Source of the DNA: Candidatus Moraniibacteriota bacterium | GTDB lineage: Bacteria > Patescibacteriota > Minisyncoccia > Moranbacterales > GCA-2747515 | Direction of reading: 5' to 3' | DNA: 59,747 bases | NCBI GenBank assembly: GCA_002747515.1 | Contig: PDPP01000020.1 | Location: forward strand, 1-59,747 | Part shown: piece after piece, positions 9,877 to 20,290 of the stretch | How positions within the stretch are numbered: position 1 is the stretch's first letter | How the letters are laid out: the number at the start of each line of letters is the position of its first letter | The notes under the pieces: model-generated | The model's database searches: none | What the model saw: only the letters and a program-made list of their open reading frames with translations | What the model was told of the DNA's origin: nothing | Made by a program: the position numbers and the translations under genes

Positions 9877-11088
9877 ATGAAAAAGAAACTCGTTTTTATG
9901 AGTATTGGTGTTATTGTTGTCGTTGCTCTTGCTGGTTGTGGGTGCAAAAAAAACCAGAAAAAAGAAATTTCTATAGAAAAAGATATGGTTACACCAGCAG
10001 TAGGTGTAGTGCCATATGAAGCGCCAATAAATGCATCACCAATTACAGGATTAACATGTGATAATTATGATAAGCGTCCATTTGGTGTGATGTATAGTGG
10101 GAGTTTAGATGCGCGAAAATATTGGAAAAATCTTGATCAAGCGGATTTTGTGCTTGAGATGCCACATCGCATGCATAATGAGCCACGAATTTTGGCAGTT
10201 TTTCAATGTAACACACCAAATGAAGCTGGACCAATGCGTTCTGGTCGTGTTGATCATATGTCTGTTGCTGATTCTTTGGGAGCAATATTTGTTACATGGG
10301 GAAAGTCAATTGTAGCTAAATCAGCGATGGATCGTGGTTTTGTAGACAATTTGGAAGTGGGAAATGGCACAACATCAAGTGATGGTACACGAGCAGGTTT
10401 TATTGATCCAAATATCAAATTTTATTCTGCAAATTCTGCGTATGCAGATCTTGCAGGCGTAATTAAGATGGCGGACGACAAGGGATACAGTAAAGCAAGT
10501 ACATTTACAGGGTTTGCACATCAAGGTGAGATTGCGTCAGAAAAACGTCCAAATCATGGTGTTGTAGATGTGCGTTTTGATTCAACGCAGTACCGCATCA
10601 CATATAAATATGATAAAGCGACAAATTCATATAAACGTTTTCGTTCGGGAGAGCCAAGCATTGATTATGCAAGTGGTCAGCAATATGCGCCAAAGAATAT
10701 TATTGGTATTGTGACAAAGCGAGATGCATGGCTTGCTGAGAAAGATTATGTAGCGGAAGGATTGCGTGATCCGTGGATAGGTGTTCCAGAGGAAAAAATA
10801 GAAAGTAATCAATATCCAAACATGCAACTTGGAGATCCGTGGTTTGATACAGTTTTTGAAGGTAAAGCAAAGTTTTTTATGAATGGACAGTATATTAAGG
10901 GAACATGGAAGCGTGAAAAAGGGGAAAATCAACCATTTAAATTTTATGATGAAAATGGACAGGAAATTCATTTTGTACCGGGTCAGATTTGGATGCATGT
11001 TTTGCCACATGGACAGAAAGTTGGTTATGAAGATGAGGAAGAGTATTTAGAGGCACAGGAAAATCCAGAATCAGAAATGCAAAAGTAA
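9877..11088 (+). CDS. DUF3048-family lipoprotein
   Basis: Lipobox LAGC; SPITG...RP, GPMRSGR, GTWKR..F.FYDENG.EI.FVPGQIW pattern. Confidence 0.75.
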   Translation: MKKKLVFMSIGVIVVVALAGCGCKKNQKKEISIEKDMVTPAVGVVPYEAPINASPITGLTCDNYDKRPFGVMYSGSLDARKYWKNLDQADFVLEMPHRMHNEPRILAVFQCNTPNEAGPMRSGRVDHMSVADSLGAIFVTWGKSIVAKSAMDRGFVDNLEVGNGTTSSDGTRAGFIDPNIKFYSANSAYADLAGVIKMADDKGYSKASTFTGFAHQGEIASEKRPNHGVVDVRFDSTQYRITYKYDKATNSYKRFRSGEPSIDYASGQQYAPKNIIGIVTKRDAWLAEKDYVAEGLRDPWIGVPEEKIESNQYPNMQLGDPWFDTVFEGKAKFFMNGQYIKGTWKREKGENQPFKFYDENGQEIHFVPGQIWMHVLPHGQKVGYEDEEEYLEAQENPESEMQK

Positions 11089-11235
11089 TTTTGAGCAGGT
11101 ACATCAAAAAATATTCATTGTGTGATATACTGCACACAATGAATATTTTTTATTTTTAAAATTTCGGCTAACGGTAAGTTTTTGATGGTGTATGAAATAT
11201 CTTATAAGATACTTACTATGAGTTTTTACTGGATA

Positions 11236-12180
11236 ATGATTTTATTTTTTTATGGTGAAGAAACATTTCAATCTTCACAAAAAGTACAAAAATTGAAAAA
11301 AAGTTTTTTGGATAATCATGCATCGAGTGAACCAATTGTTTTTGATTGTGAAGAGAAGTGTGATGTGAATGAGATTGCTGGAGCGTTTGCTGTACAAGAT
11401 CTTTTTTCTCAGGAAAAAATGATTGTAATTGAAAATTTTTTTGCAAACACAAAAGCTGAAGAGCAAAAACAATTATTAGAATATTTAGATATACAAATAT
11501 CGGATGTAATTATTTTTTTTGAAAAATGTGTACCACGCAAAAATGCTACGCTTTTTACATGGTTGATAAAAAATGCACAAACTGTCTTTGAAAGCAAGGA
11601 GTTACAAGGATTTGAATTAGAAAGATGGATAGAGGAGGTAAGTGCAAATCGTAATATTGATATCGATATTGCCGCTATAAAAGAGTTGATATTATATGTT
11701 GGCAATGACCTTTGGCTTTTGTCACAAGAGATAGATAAGCTGGGTAATTATGCAGGAGGTGATAATATTTCTGTTGATAGTGTAAAACAAATGGTACATG
11801 GACGTGTGGATGCAGACATGTTTCAAACAGTTGAATCTATCGTTTCTGGCGATAAAGGGAAGGCGATGATGTTTTTGAAAAAACAAATTGCAAAGGGTGA
11901 TGAACCATTTCATATTTTTAGTATGTATGCGTATCAATTGCGAACATTGATCTTGATAAGTGGCGTGGTAAGTGACAAAAAGATTTTTGATAAAAACAGT
12001 ATTGCAAAGATTGTAAAGATTCATCCGTTTGTTGTACAAAAATCTCTTTCAATGTTGCAAAATATATCCCAAAAAAAGCTTAAAAAAATGCATAAAGATT
12101 TAACCTTACTTGATCGTGATGTAAAACAGGGAAAAAGGGATATTTTTGAAGCACTAGATATTTTTATAACACGTGTATAA
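11236..12180 (+). CDS. holA: DNA polymerase III delta subunit
   Basis: MILFFYGEE start, DLFSQEK, QEIDKL, IHPFVVQK, DRDVKQG; convergent with rpsT. Confidence 0.9.
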   Translation: MILFFYGEETFQSSQKVQKLKKSFLDNHASSEPIVFDCEEKCDVNEIAGAFAVQDLFSQEKMIVIENFFANTKAEEQKQLLEYLDIQISDVIIFFEKCVPRKNATLFTWLIKNAQTVFESKELQGFELERWIEEVSANRNIDIDIAAIKELILYVGNDLWLLSQEIDKLGNYAGGDNISVDSVKQMVHGRVDADMFQTVESIVSGDKGKAMMFLKKQIAKGDEPFHIFSMYAYQLRTLILISGVVSDKKIFDKNSIAKIVKIHPFVVQKSLSMLQNISQKKLKKMHKDLTLLDRDVKQGKRDIFEALDIFITRV

Positions 12181-12289
12181 AACAATTCTTGATTGTAAGA
12201 AAAAATGTTTTTGTGATGAAGATGATAAAAGTGCATGCCAATAGAAAACTAGCGAACAGGCTCTTATAAATAAATTATTAAAAAAAATA

Positions 12290-12323
12290 AAAAACTCGAT
12301 AAATTGTAATGTATCGAGTTTTT
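12290..12323. terminator. Bidirectional terminator between holA and rpsT
   Basis: AAAAACTCGATA...TATCGAGTTTTT. Confidence 0.65.
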
Positions 12324-12330
12324 GTAGAAA

Positions 12331-12597
12331 TTATTTTTTTGTTGCTAAAACCATTTTATTTAGTCGTGATTTTTTGCGTGCTGCAGTGTTTTTCTTGATT
12401 ACATTTTTTTGTACCGCTTTGTCAAGTGTTTTTTGTGATAAGAGGAGATATTTTTCCATTTCTTTTTTATCACCGGCATGCACTGCTTTTTCAAGGTTTC
12501 TTATTGCTGCACGATAAGCACCACGTGTTTTACGATTTTCTTCTGTCTTTTTTGCAGTGACTTTCATGTATTTTTTTGCAGAATCTTTAATCGGCAT
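12331..12597 (-). CDS. rpsT: 30S ribosomal protein S20
   Basis: MPIKDSAKK...LDKAVQKNVIKKNTAARKKSRL; start reassigned to ATG 12597. Confidence 0.95.
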   Translation of the reverse strand: MPIKDSAKKYMKVTAKKTEENRKTRGAYRAAIRNLEKAVHAGDKKEMEKYLLLSQKTLDKAVQKNVIKKNTAARKKSRLNKMVLATKK

Positions 12598-12806
12598 AGT
12601 GTATAAAATTTTTAGTAATAAATTGTGAGCATTATATATTACGAATATTATTGTAAAACTGAGAAATTTACAAAATAATCGTTTATTCTTTATAGCATAG
12701 AAAATGTATTTTGGCAACAATAGTTAAAAGGTGATACACTACTAGCGAAATATTTTATTTTTCAAAATTTAATATTTAAATTTTTTAATTTTTAAATTCT
12801 AAAAAA

Positions 12807-13373
12807 ATGATTGGTTTTTTGAAAGGTGACGTTTTAAAGAAAAATGATGATAATGTAATCATCGGAGTGAATGGTGTTGGATATAAAGTTTTTATGACAG
12901 AATATGGTATCGAGCAATGTGGTAATGCATCAGTGGCTATCTCTGTATATACACATGTGCGAGAACAAGAGATATCATTATATGGATTTTTACAAGAAGA
13001 GGAGCAGGAAATTTTTGAGCTTCTTATCAGTGTATCTGGTATTGGTCCAAAGGCAGCCCTTAACATCCTTACGGTATCTGACGTAGTATCAATCAAGGCA
13101 GCGATTGTTGCTGAAGATACAACAATTCTTACAAAAGTTTCAGGAATCGGTCCAAAGACAGCAAAAAAAGTTGTACATGAGCTTTCTGATAAGATTGTAG
13201 TGCCAATCAATAAAGCTGTGGGTGGTGCAGTCGCAAATTCTGATGCAATTGATGCACTGAGATCTATGGGATACTCTGTTACAGAGGCGCGTGATGCATT
13301 GAGTGAAGTGTCAAAGGATATTGTTGACGTAGGTGAGCGTGTAAAGGAAGCGCTTAAATATTTAGGAAAATAA
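12807..13373 (+). CDS. ruvA: Holliday junction branch migration protein RuvA
   Basis: VNGVGY, VRE..LYGF, two HhH motifs (VSGIGPK), DALRSMGY. Confidence 0.97.
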   Translation: MIGFLKGDVLKKNDDNVIIGVNGVGYKVFMTEYGIEQCGNASVAISVYTHVREQEISLYGFLQEEEQEIFELLISVSGIGPKAALNILTVSDVVSIKAAIVAEDTTILTKVSGIGPKTAKKVVHELSDKIVVPINKAVGGAVANSDAIDALRSMGYSVTEARDALSEVSKDIVDVGERVKEALKYLGK

Positions 13374-13374
13374 T

Positions 13375-14055
13375 ATGGAGATAAAAAAAGGAATTTTATA
13401 TGTTGTTGCGACGCCAATTGGCAACCTTGCTGATATGACATTTCGTGCAGTAGACACATTGTTAAGTGTTGATTTGATTGCATGTGAGGATACACGTGTG
13501 ACGAGAAAGTTACTTGCACATTATGATATTAATACGCATGTCATTACGTATCATCAACATACAAATAATTCAAAATTACAGAGAATTATAGAAGAGATAC
13601 GCGCTGGAAAAAATATTGCGATTGTGACAGATGCTGGCACACCAGGCATGAGTGATCCTGGTAATAAGTTGGTTGCAGAAGCAATTACGCATGAGATTGA
13701 AATTGTGCCAATTCCGGGCACATCAGCAGTCAGTACGTTAATATCTGTTGCTGGTATTGATATGCAAAAATTTACATTCATGGCGTATCCACCACACAAA
13801 AAAGGACGGAAAACATTTTTTGAAAAAGTTTGTGCGAGTGAAGTTCCAATTATTTATTATGAAAGTGTGCATCGTATTTTAAAAAATCTTTCGATGCTTT
13901 CTGAAATGGATAAAAATATAAAAATTATTGTAGGAAAAGAACTAACAAAAATACATGAACAAATCATACGTGGAAGTGTGGATGAAATATTGAAGTATTT
14001 TGAAGAAAACCCTGATAAAGTGCGTGGTGAGTTTGTGATTATTGCATATAGATAA
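13375..14055 (+). CDS. rsmI: 16S rRNA C1402 2'-O-methyltransferase
   Basis: LYVVATPIGNLADMTFRA, CEDTR, DAGTPGMSDPG, KELTKIHE. Confidence 0.97.
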   Translation: MEIKKGILYVVATPIGNLADMTFRAVDTLLSVDLIACEDTRVTRKLLAHYDINTHVITYHQHTNNSKLQRIIEEIRAGKNIAIVTDAGTPGMSDPGNKLVAEAITHEIEIVPIPGTSAVSTLISVAGIDMQKFTFMAYPPHKKGRKTFFEKVCASEVPIIYYESVHRILKNLSMLSEMDKNIKIIVGKELTKIHEQIIRGSVDEILKYFEENPDKVRGEFVIIAYR

Positions 14056-14141
14056 TGACAGGAAGTGTAAAAGTAGAAAAGTGTATTTTATAAAGAAGAA
14101 AAAATAAAAAACCACCAAAATACATTAGTGGTTTTTATAAT

Positions 14142-14435
14142 CTATCGTCGTGTAATGATAAGTGCAATCATTGCACCAATGAGTGCACCAACTGCAGCTG
14201 CGATGCCGATAGATTTTTCTGGATTTTCACGGACATATTCGCGTGTTTGTTTATGTGCTTCATGCACTTTTTCTTTTGCGTTTTCTGCAGTATCAGCAAT
14301 ATGTGTTTTTGTTTCATCAATTTTTTCTGTAATTACTGTTTTTGCATCAGTATATGCATCCATACTTTTTTGAAGTGCTGCATCTGCTTTACTTGCTAGT
14401 GGCGTTGTTGCTTTTGTAATAGGTCCTTTTGTCAT
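14142..14435 (-). CDS. ElaB/YqjD/DUF883-family tail-anchored protein
   Basis: C-terminal YVRENPEKSIGIAAAVGALIG...TRR. Confidence 0.8.
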   Translation of the reverse strand: MTKGPITKATTPLASKADAALQKSMDAYTDAKTVITEKIDETKTHIADTAENAKEKVHEAHKQTREYVRENPEKSIGIAAAVGALIGAMIALIITRR

Positions 14436-14454
14436 AGTTGTTTTTTAAATTAAT

Positions 14455-14796
14455 TTATTTATTGTTTTTTTGTGTTAATGCGATGATGAGTGCAACGATA
14501 AAGATAGTAATTCCCGTAACAAGAAGACCAAACCATATACCAAATTCTGAAACAGTGCCGAGCCAAATGGAAAATCCTGTAAGCATAAATATAAGACCAG
14601 TAAGTCCGAGAAATACAACTGTGAGCATCATGACAATATTGTGTGTGATGCGATGTGCAGTTGCTTCAATGCGTTCAATGATGCGTTCTTGTGCAAGTTT
14701 GAGAAGTGATCCTGTAAGTTCGGATATTGCAGCGACAATTGGTGATTCTGTTGCAAAGTTTTCTCGTTGTGTTTGTTGAGAATTTTGTTTTGTCAT
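14455..14796 (-). CDS. YqjE/holin-like two-TM membrane protein
   Basis: Helical N-terminus then two TM helices; adjacent to DUF883; start placed at ATG 14796. Confidence 0.6.
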   Translation of the reverse strand: MTKQNSQQTQRENFATESPIVAAISELTGSLLKLAQERIIERIEATAHRITHNIVMMLTVVFLGLTGLIFMLTGFSIWLGTVSEFGIWFGLLVTGITIFIVALIIALTQKNNK

Positions 14797-14861
14797 AGAA
14801 TTTTTTATCAAATATTTATCTAGTATAAATATATCACGAATGCACATAAAATTGAAATAAA

Positions 14862-14898
14862 AACCCCAACAGAACACGTTTGTGTTTCTGTTGGGGTT
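14862..14898 (-). terminator. Terminator after the 14902-15261 ORF
   Basis: AACCCCAACAGAA...TTCTGTTGGGGTT stem with an A run on the + strand upstream. Confidence 0.6.
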
Positions 14899-14901
14899 AT
14901 G

Positions 14902-15261
14902 TTATGCACGCACTTCATGAGACTTGCCATCTAGCATGGTCTCATGAAATGACTCTTCTAAAAAATTGTCACAAACACTTAAGTACGTGACAGTGACAAT
15001 TTTTTTTATCCGTTCATTTCGAGGAAATAACCGCAACATACGAAATGCGGCTTTTTCTGTTAAAATTCCTGAGGCCAGAACAGCCTCAATTACATTGACA
15101 TTTGATTTATAGTGATCTATTAAACTATAAATCTCTTCATCATTCAACTCGTTTTTATATGTTTCTAAAAGCGAGATGAGTTTTGCTTTTTTATCACCAT
15201 ATGATTGGTGTAAGACGTTAATTATAAGGATAATTTTTTGTGTAAGAGCTTGTGTACTCAT
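14902..15261 (-). CDS. Hypothetical protein
   Basis: 119-aa ORF with AAAGGAG RBS and downstream terminator. Confidence 0.6.
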   Translation of the reverse strand: MSTQALTQKIILIINVLHQSYGDKKAKLISLLETYKNELNDEEIYSLIDHYKSNVNVIEAVLASGILTEKAAFRMLRLFPRNERIKKIVTVTYLSVCDNFLEESFHETMLDGKSHEVRA

Positions 15262-15437
15262 GCTTTTCTCCTTTTTAATTTATTTTTTGAATAATTAACA
15301 AAACATTGTATCATAAAATAATAAATTTGTCAACATTTTTCTGATGTAAAGACCGTATAATAAGCGTAAAAACAGAATATTTGGTAAAATATAAAAAGTA
15401 AGAGTAAATTATTATAATTATTAATTTATTATAAAAT

Positions 15438-16112
15438 ATGAAAAATATAATTATTTTTTCTACACTATGTGTAATTGGTATAATGAGTTTTTTTGTTTAT
15501 AACAATTATTTTTTTGATGGAAAAGTTAGTGACACGTCACAACAAAAAACGCCACACAACTTTGATAAAAAAGAAGGAAAAAGAGTAAAAAATGAAAAAG
15601 AGTTGCACCATGCAGTACAACAACAAAATGAAGATATAATTGATGAGAGCGTGAAAGAAATGCAGGAAGACACAATGATTTCTGTGCCATTCATATTTGG
15701 AACGGGAAATGTTGGGTGTGGTGTCGGTATAAAATTTGTGTCGTATAAAGTGGAACACACACAAAGTGTTTTGGATATCGTATATAGAAAACTTTTTGAC
15801 AGTGGTTTAGAGATTTCGCCGGAGTATCGTAATCCTATCTTATCTTATGAATTTTTGATGTATGATTCTGTGGTATTGTCTAATGGCAATGCACGTGTGT
15901 ATCTCAGTGGGGATATGCGTGGACCTGGTCACTGTACATTACCAGAAATACGTGCATTGATTGATGAGGCAGCATTTCAGTTTGATACTGTGGATACAGT
16001 GACAGTGTATCTCAATGGTGAAATTTATGACTGGTGCGAAAAAGATCTCTCGGACGGAGAAACAGGTTGTCCAGCTAAAAAGAAATTATGGATAGATAGA
16101 AAAGATAAATGA
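15438..16112 (+). CDS. Membrane-anchored GerMN-like protein
   Basis: N-terminal TM; NGNARVYLSG..G.C....RALI...AFQFDTVDTVTVYLNG matches the GerMN pattern. Confidence 0.65.
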   Translation: MKNIIIFSTLCVIGIMSFFVYNNYFFDGKVSDTSQQKTPHNFDKKEGKRVKNEKELHHAVQQQNEDIIDESVKEMQEDTMISVPFIFGTGNVGCGVGIKFVSYKVEHTQSVLDIVYRKLFDSGLEISPEYRNPILSYEFLMYDSVVLSNGNARVYLSGDMRGPGHCTLPEIRALIDEAAFQFDTVDTVTVYLNGEIYDWCEKDLSDGETGCPAKKKLWIDRKDK

Positions 16113-16256
16113 AAATAGAGTTTTTTAGATTTTTTGCATTTTTTAGGGGAATATCTTTTTGTATCATAAAAATTATTTGACACTTTTATTTTTTTATGAT
16201 ACAGTTTTCTGTTGTTTGATTTTTTTAAAAATTTTAACAAAAAAAAGGAGAGCGTG

Positions 16257-16868
16257 ATGTTCACCATGAGATTTTTTGTAATTTTGACAGTTCTTTTATG
16301 TGCTCACTCTTCATATGCGTGGCATACTGCTGATTTTTTTCAGCATACGGTTAGAAAAGGGGACACTCTTGCAAAGTTGGTGCCAGAGCATCAATGGCTA
16401 TTGGTGCAAAAGGTGAATCGGATTGATTTTAGACATTTGCCTTTGGGGGAAAATATTCTTCTACCACGGTGGTCAGGCCTAACTTTACAAGATATTGCTC
16501 CACCTGTAGATATTGTAGCTCCAGCACTTATTTATGATGCCCGTGGTATTGTGATATATATAAATTTACAATATTTCGGTGCTTATGAATATGGTCGCCT
16601 GAAATATTGGGGACCTGTATCAACAGGTAAAAATGACAGTACGCCACGTGGCAGGTTTTTTGTGCAGTGGAAGTGTAAAGACTATGTTTCTCGTAAATAT
16701 TATTCTGCAATGCCATTTTCTGTGGCTTATGATAGTGCAGGATATTTTTTACACCAACAATCGTTAACTGGGAAGCCGGCATCACATGGGTGCACACGAT
16801 TGCTCATGGAAGATGCTCAATGGATTTTCTATTGGCTGCGAAAAGGTGATCTCATTATGATTATTTAA
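16257..16868 (+). CDS. L,D-transpeptidase (YkuD family) with LysM-like domain
   Basis: Signal peptide, HTVRKGDTL, VSTG..TPRG, LHQ...PASHGCTRL catalytic motif; AAGGAG RBS. Confidence 0.88.
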   Translation: MFTMRFFVILTVLLCAHSSYAWHTADFFQHTVRKGDTLAKLVPEHQWLLVQKVNRIDFRHLPLGENILLPRWSGLTLQDIAPPVDIVAPALIYDARGIVIYINLQYFGAYEYGRLKYWGPVSTGKNDSTPRGRFFVQWKCKDYVSRKYYSAMPFSVAYDSAGYFLHQQSLTGKPASHGCTRLLMEDAQWIFYWLRKGDLIMII

Positions 16869-17196
16869 ACAACAAAGCGGTATGTGTTTTAAAAAAATAC
16901 ATGCCGCTATTCTTTGTCGTGTAGGAAATTTTTTAGATAGGTAAGATTGTTTGTTTTTAGCTAGACTTTTTTGTTTATTTATGATACAGTAACACGTCTT
17001 GTGGGCATTGATGATTTGTGTGTATTTTTTAGAATTTTGTTTGTTCAATGGAGTGGATAAGGTTCTGGAAAATATCCAGATATGTGGATTGAAAAAATCC
17101 ACTGTTCGTTTAAAATTTGAAGTTTAAAAGTAGGATGAAAACTAACACCTTCATAAAGGTAAACCTCATTATTCTCAATTAAAAGGAGGAAAGATT

Positions 17197-17796
17197 ATGA
17201 GTCAGAGGCTGAAACATGTTTTAATTGGTGTAGCTAGTGCGGTTTTTGGTATCTTTGCACTTGCACTCATCGGTGTAAAAATGATTTTTGCAGTGATAGT
17301 CGGTATTATAATCGGCATTATTGTTGCTGCAACTCTCATTGCGCAGTCTCGGGGTGAAAAACCACGAGATGTGATGGAAGAAGTTGCGAAGCAGGCCGTA
17401 CAGACGGATCCTGATGTAAAGGAACGTTTGATTTTTGAGTCGCTAACACGCCTTAATCAATTATTGCGCACGGATGCGTATATAACAGGCACGGTAGTTG
17501 AAAAGTGTGAAGAGCTGATTGATGTTTTGCAAGATGTTGCTTCACGCGCACAGCAAGAAGTGCCGTATGCGGAGGTGACATTTGACCTTGTTGAAATGGC
17601 AACAAATCATTTGCCAGAGTATTTTGACAAGTATCTAAAGACTTCTGTAGATGACCGTGATGATGAAAAAGTTCTCGCACGGCTTAATGAGTTACTTCAG
17701 TTTGTTCTTGATAAAAAGGAAAAACTGGACCAAGGAAATTTGGATGCATTTACTGCCAGCGATGGTTTCGTTGATGTAAAATTTGGTAGAAAATAA
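17197..17796 (+). CDS. Two-TM protein resembling XpaC, the usual partner of TelA
   Basis: Two N-terminal TM helices, helical C-domain with HLPEYFDKY; directly upstream of a TelA-like gene; AAAGGAGG RBS. Confidence 0.55.
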   Translation: MSQRLKHVLIGVASAVFGIFALALIGVKMIFAVIVGIIIGIIVAATLIAQSRGEKPRDVMEEVAKQAVQTDPDVKERLIFESLTRLNQLLRTDAYITGTVVEKCEELIDVLQDVASRAQQEVPYAEVTFDLVEMATNHLPEYFDKYLKTSVDDRDDEKVLARLNELLQFVLDKKEKLDQGNLDAFTASDGFVDVKFGRK

Positions 17797-17813
17797 CCAT
17801 AAAGGAGTAAGAA

Positions 17814-19040
17814 ATGAGTGAACAAGTAATGGTTGTTGATGGTCAAAACAGTGAATCTGTTTCTACAAGTACAGAAGTTGTTGTTGCGGAGCCAATGACA
17901 GTGCAAGACCCAAGTAATATTGTGCCGGTATGTCCATCATTTGTGGACGCGGAACAAGATGCTATGGTTAAAAAGCACGTTGCAGATTTGGCTGATGCGA
18001 TATTGCAAAATCCGTCGGATGTCAGTATTACATCTCAGATGTATAGCCTGGGGAAACCGGCGATGGACGCAAACACGCAAAACATTGGATTGATGGATAC
18101 TCAAATTAGTGTTGTTACGCAATCAGTGACAGTTGAAAGTCCTGTTGTGCAGACAATCACAGAAATTAAAAGTCAACTTGATTTGATTAATCCGACAGTC
18201 CTCGCTAAAACCGAATCAAAGCTACCTGGCAAAATTTTGGGAATTATTCCTATGTCAGTGAGCCGTTTGCCCAAAGCTAAAGAGATTATGGTGATGATTA
18301 ATGAGCGAAAGGACACAATCTCTTCAACAGTTCATGCTTTACAGCAACATTTATGGCAGGAACGTGATGAGACAATGAAACATGCCGTTCAACTCAGTCA
18401 ATTGTCAAATCATTTGTTTGAAACACAAGAAGATTTGCAAATGGCGGTGTATCAAGGGCAATTAATCTGGGAAAAGTTAAATGAAGCACGAAAAGCAGAA
18501 ACAGACCCGGTGCGTTCGCAGGCATTAACTTACTTAGTGAATGACTTGTCAATGCTGGTAGTTGATTTGCAAACTGTTGATCAATTAAATATCCAATCTC
18601 GTTTAGGAGCGGAGAACTTGATTAACAATGCTCGTCAAATTCAGACATTGGTTAAGCGCGTAACAAACATCTTATTGCCAAGTGTACAGAATGCTTTAGC
18701 TGTTAAAGCGGCTGCGGCTCAACAGGCACAATTAGCAGGATTTGCAAATCAGGTTATGAAATCTGCAAGTGAAACAATTGCTCAAACAGCATCTGATATT
18801 CGTCAGGCAACTGTTGCCACTGCAAAAATGAATACTGAAGTAATGATTGATATGGATGCAATTGAAAGTGCATGTAATGACTTTGAACAATTGCAACGTG
18901 AGCTTCTTGATGTCTTTGAGACGGCAGAAAAGAATGTACGTGGTATTAGCAATCAGATGTCACAGGCAAATGAACGTATGCGCAAGCATGCAGATCCATT
19001 AACAAAAGCACGTCAGGCAAAAGAAAGTGCTGGTGTGTAA
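17814..19040 (+). CDS. Toxic anion resistance protein (TelA/KlaA family)
   Basis: 408-aa coiled-coil protein; ITEIKSQLDLINP, KILGIIP, LINNARQI...VTNILLP pattern. Confidence 0.7.
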   Translation: MSEQVMVVDGQNSESVSTSTEVVVAEPMTVQDPSNIVPVCPSFVDAEQDAMVKKHVADLADAILQNPSDVSITSQMYSLGKPAMDANTQNIGLMDTQISVVTQSVTVESPVVQTITEIKSQLDLINPTVLAKTESKLPGKILGIIPMSVSRLPKAKEIMVMINERKDTISSTVHALQQHLWQERDETMKHAVQLSQLSNHLFETQEDLQMAVYQGQLIWEKLNEARKAETDPVRSQALTYLVNDLSMLVVDLQTVDQLNIQSRLGAENLINNARQIQTLVKRVTNILLPSVQNALAVKAAAAQQAQLAGFANQVMKSASETIAQTASDIRQATVATAKMNTEVMIDMDAIESACNDFEQLQRELLDVFETAEKNVRGISNQMSQANERMRKHADPLTKARQAKESAGV

Positions 19041-19059
19041 ATGTGTTGAGGAGAAAATC

Positions 19060-19704
19060 ATGAATGTAGCGGAAAAGCAAAATTTTGCACGCCGGTTATC
19101 TGAAATACGGAAGATTGAAAAAATTATTCCGTCAGAAAAGCGTGCAGAACATGACATTAGGGATATTGCTGTCGGCGGCGTACTGTCATTGTATGGCAAA
19201 ACATATCGCGTGCTTGCCGTTGCTACGTATACTGAGACAGATGATTTGTATGCAAAGGAAAAGTCATATGTGGCTACTGAGTATACATTATTTTGTCTTG
19301 AGACAGGAGAAACGCACTACATTGAGTGGGGCGTTGATGATGAAGTTGAAATTAGCTTCACACAAAAAAAACTGTCACGTAGTGCAGTTCATCGTAATCT
19401 TGCATATGATGATGGTGAAATCGTTGATGTAGATGATATGGATGAAATTTTCCAAAAGGGATGGGATGTTATTTACGATGGCACCACTTTTTCCCCAGAG
19501 GATGATTGGCCCGCACGGTATGTGTCCGATGATGGACGATCACTGTATGTGTATTTTTATGAATTTGAAAGTGCACGCGGTGAACAATTGACTGTTGAGG
19601 CATGGTCTGACGAACCAGATGATGATGGAAAATGGGAATATGAGATATATCTCAGTTCTGATGTTTCTACAAATAGTGTTCAAATTCTGAGTTTGGGAGG
19701 ATAA
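19060..19704 (+). CDS. DUF4178-like protein
   Basis: IRDIAVGG.L...G.TY.V, acidic beta-rich body, LTVEAW..EYEI; GAGGAG RBS before ATG 19060; context. Confidence 0.65.
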   Translation: MNVAEKQNFARRLSEIRKIEKIIPSEKRAEHDIRDIAVGGVLSLYGKTYRVLAVATYTETDDLYAKEKSYVATEYTLFCLETGETHYIEWGVDDEVEISFTQKKLSRSAVHRNLAYDDGEIVDVDDMDEIFQKGWDVIYDGTTFSPEDDWPARYVSDDGRSLYVYFYEFESARGEQLTVEAWSDEPDDDGKWEYEIYLSSDVSTNSVQILSLGG

Positions 19705-20288
19705 TGATGAGTGGATTGATTTATCAAGATCAATCTGCAGACGACCTACAATTATGTCTTGTGCAGGGAAGGATACAAAAAGAAAAGCTGTCCATTCTCT
19801 GCACAGACAGTATTATTGGTGATGGTATTTATCTAGAAATTGGCATTATTGGCGCGAGTCACTTTTGGCAATTAATAGATTCTTTCGGAACATGTTGCTT
19901 GGCAGAAGTTTTTTCTTGTGTACAAGATTATAGTTTTGCTGGAAAAAACAAAACAATGATTTTTACACTGAGTGATGCGAAAAATATATCAAAGACATTT
20001 GATCATATATCGTATCATTTTCATTCAGAGAAAAAAACAGTACAGTCAGGCAAAAGAAAAATGTATGCATTGATAGACAAAATTCAGTCTAGTGCTTTAT
20101 TGAATAAGGAAGGAGAAGCCGGTTTGATGTATACATTTCCACAAATTGACGAGAGAGATATTCCACCGACTACGGTCGTTTGTGCAATGTTTGATCCATA
20201 CAGTAGAGGGATTACTGTGGAAACAATACATGCGTATCCGAATGAGGATGCAATTGTATTCACAAAAACTATGCTTGAAGGAGAATAG
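19704..20288 (+). CDS. DUF2617-like protein
   Basis: LEIGIIGASH and ETIHAYPNE..IVFTKT motifs; start overlaps the previous stop. Confidence 0.7.
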   Translation: MMSGLIYQDQSADDLQLCLVQGRIQKEKLSILCTDSIIGDGIYLEIGIIGASHFWQLIDSFGTCCLAEVFSCVQDYSFAGKNKTMIFTLSDAKNISKTFDHISYHFHSEKKTVQSGKRKMYALIDKIQSSALLNKEGEAGLMYTFPQIDERDIPPTTVVCAMFDPYSRGITVETIHAYPNEDAIVFTKTMLEGE

Positions 20289-20290
20289 GT

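Noticed and set aside
16870-17196. Possible riboswitch upstream of the TelA operon (hairpins TCTGGA/TCCAGA and GTGGATT/AATCCAC)
   Set aside because: No recognisable aptamer consensus or expression platform; an Rfam scan would be needed.
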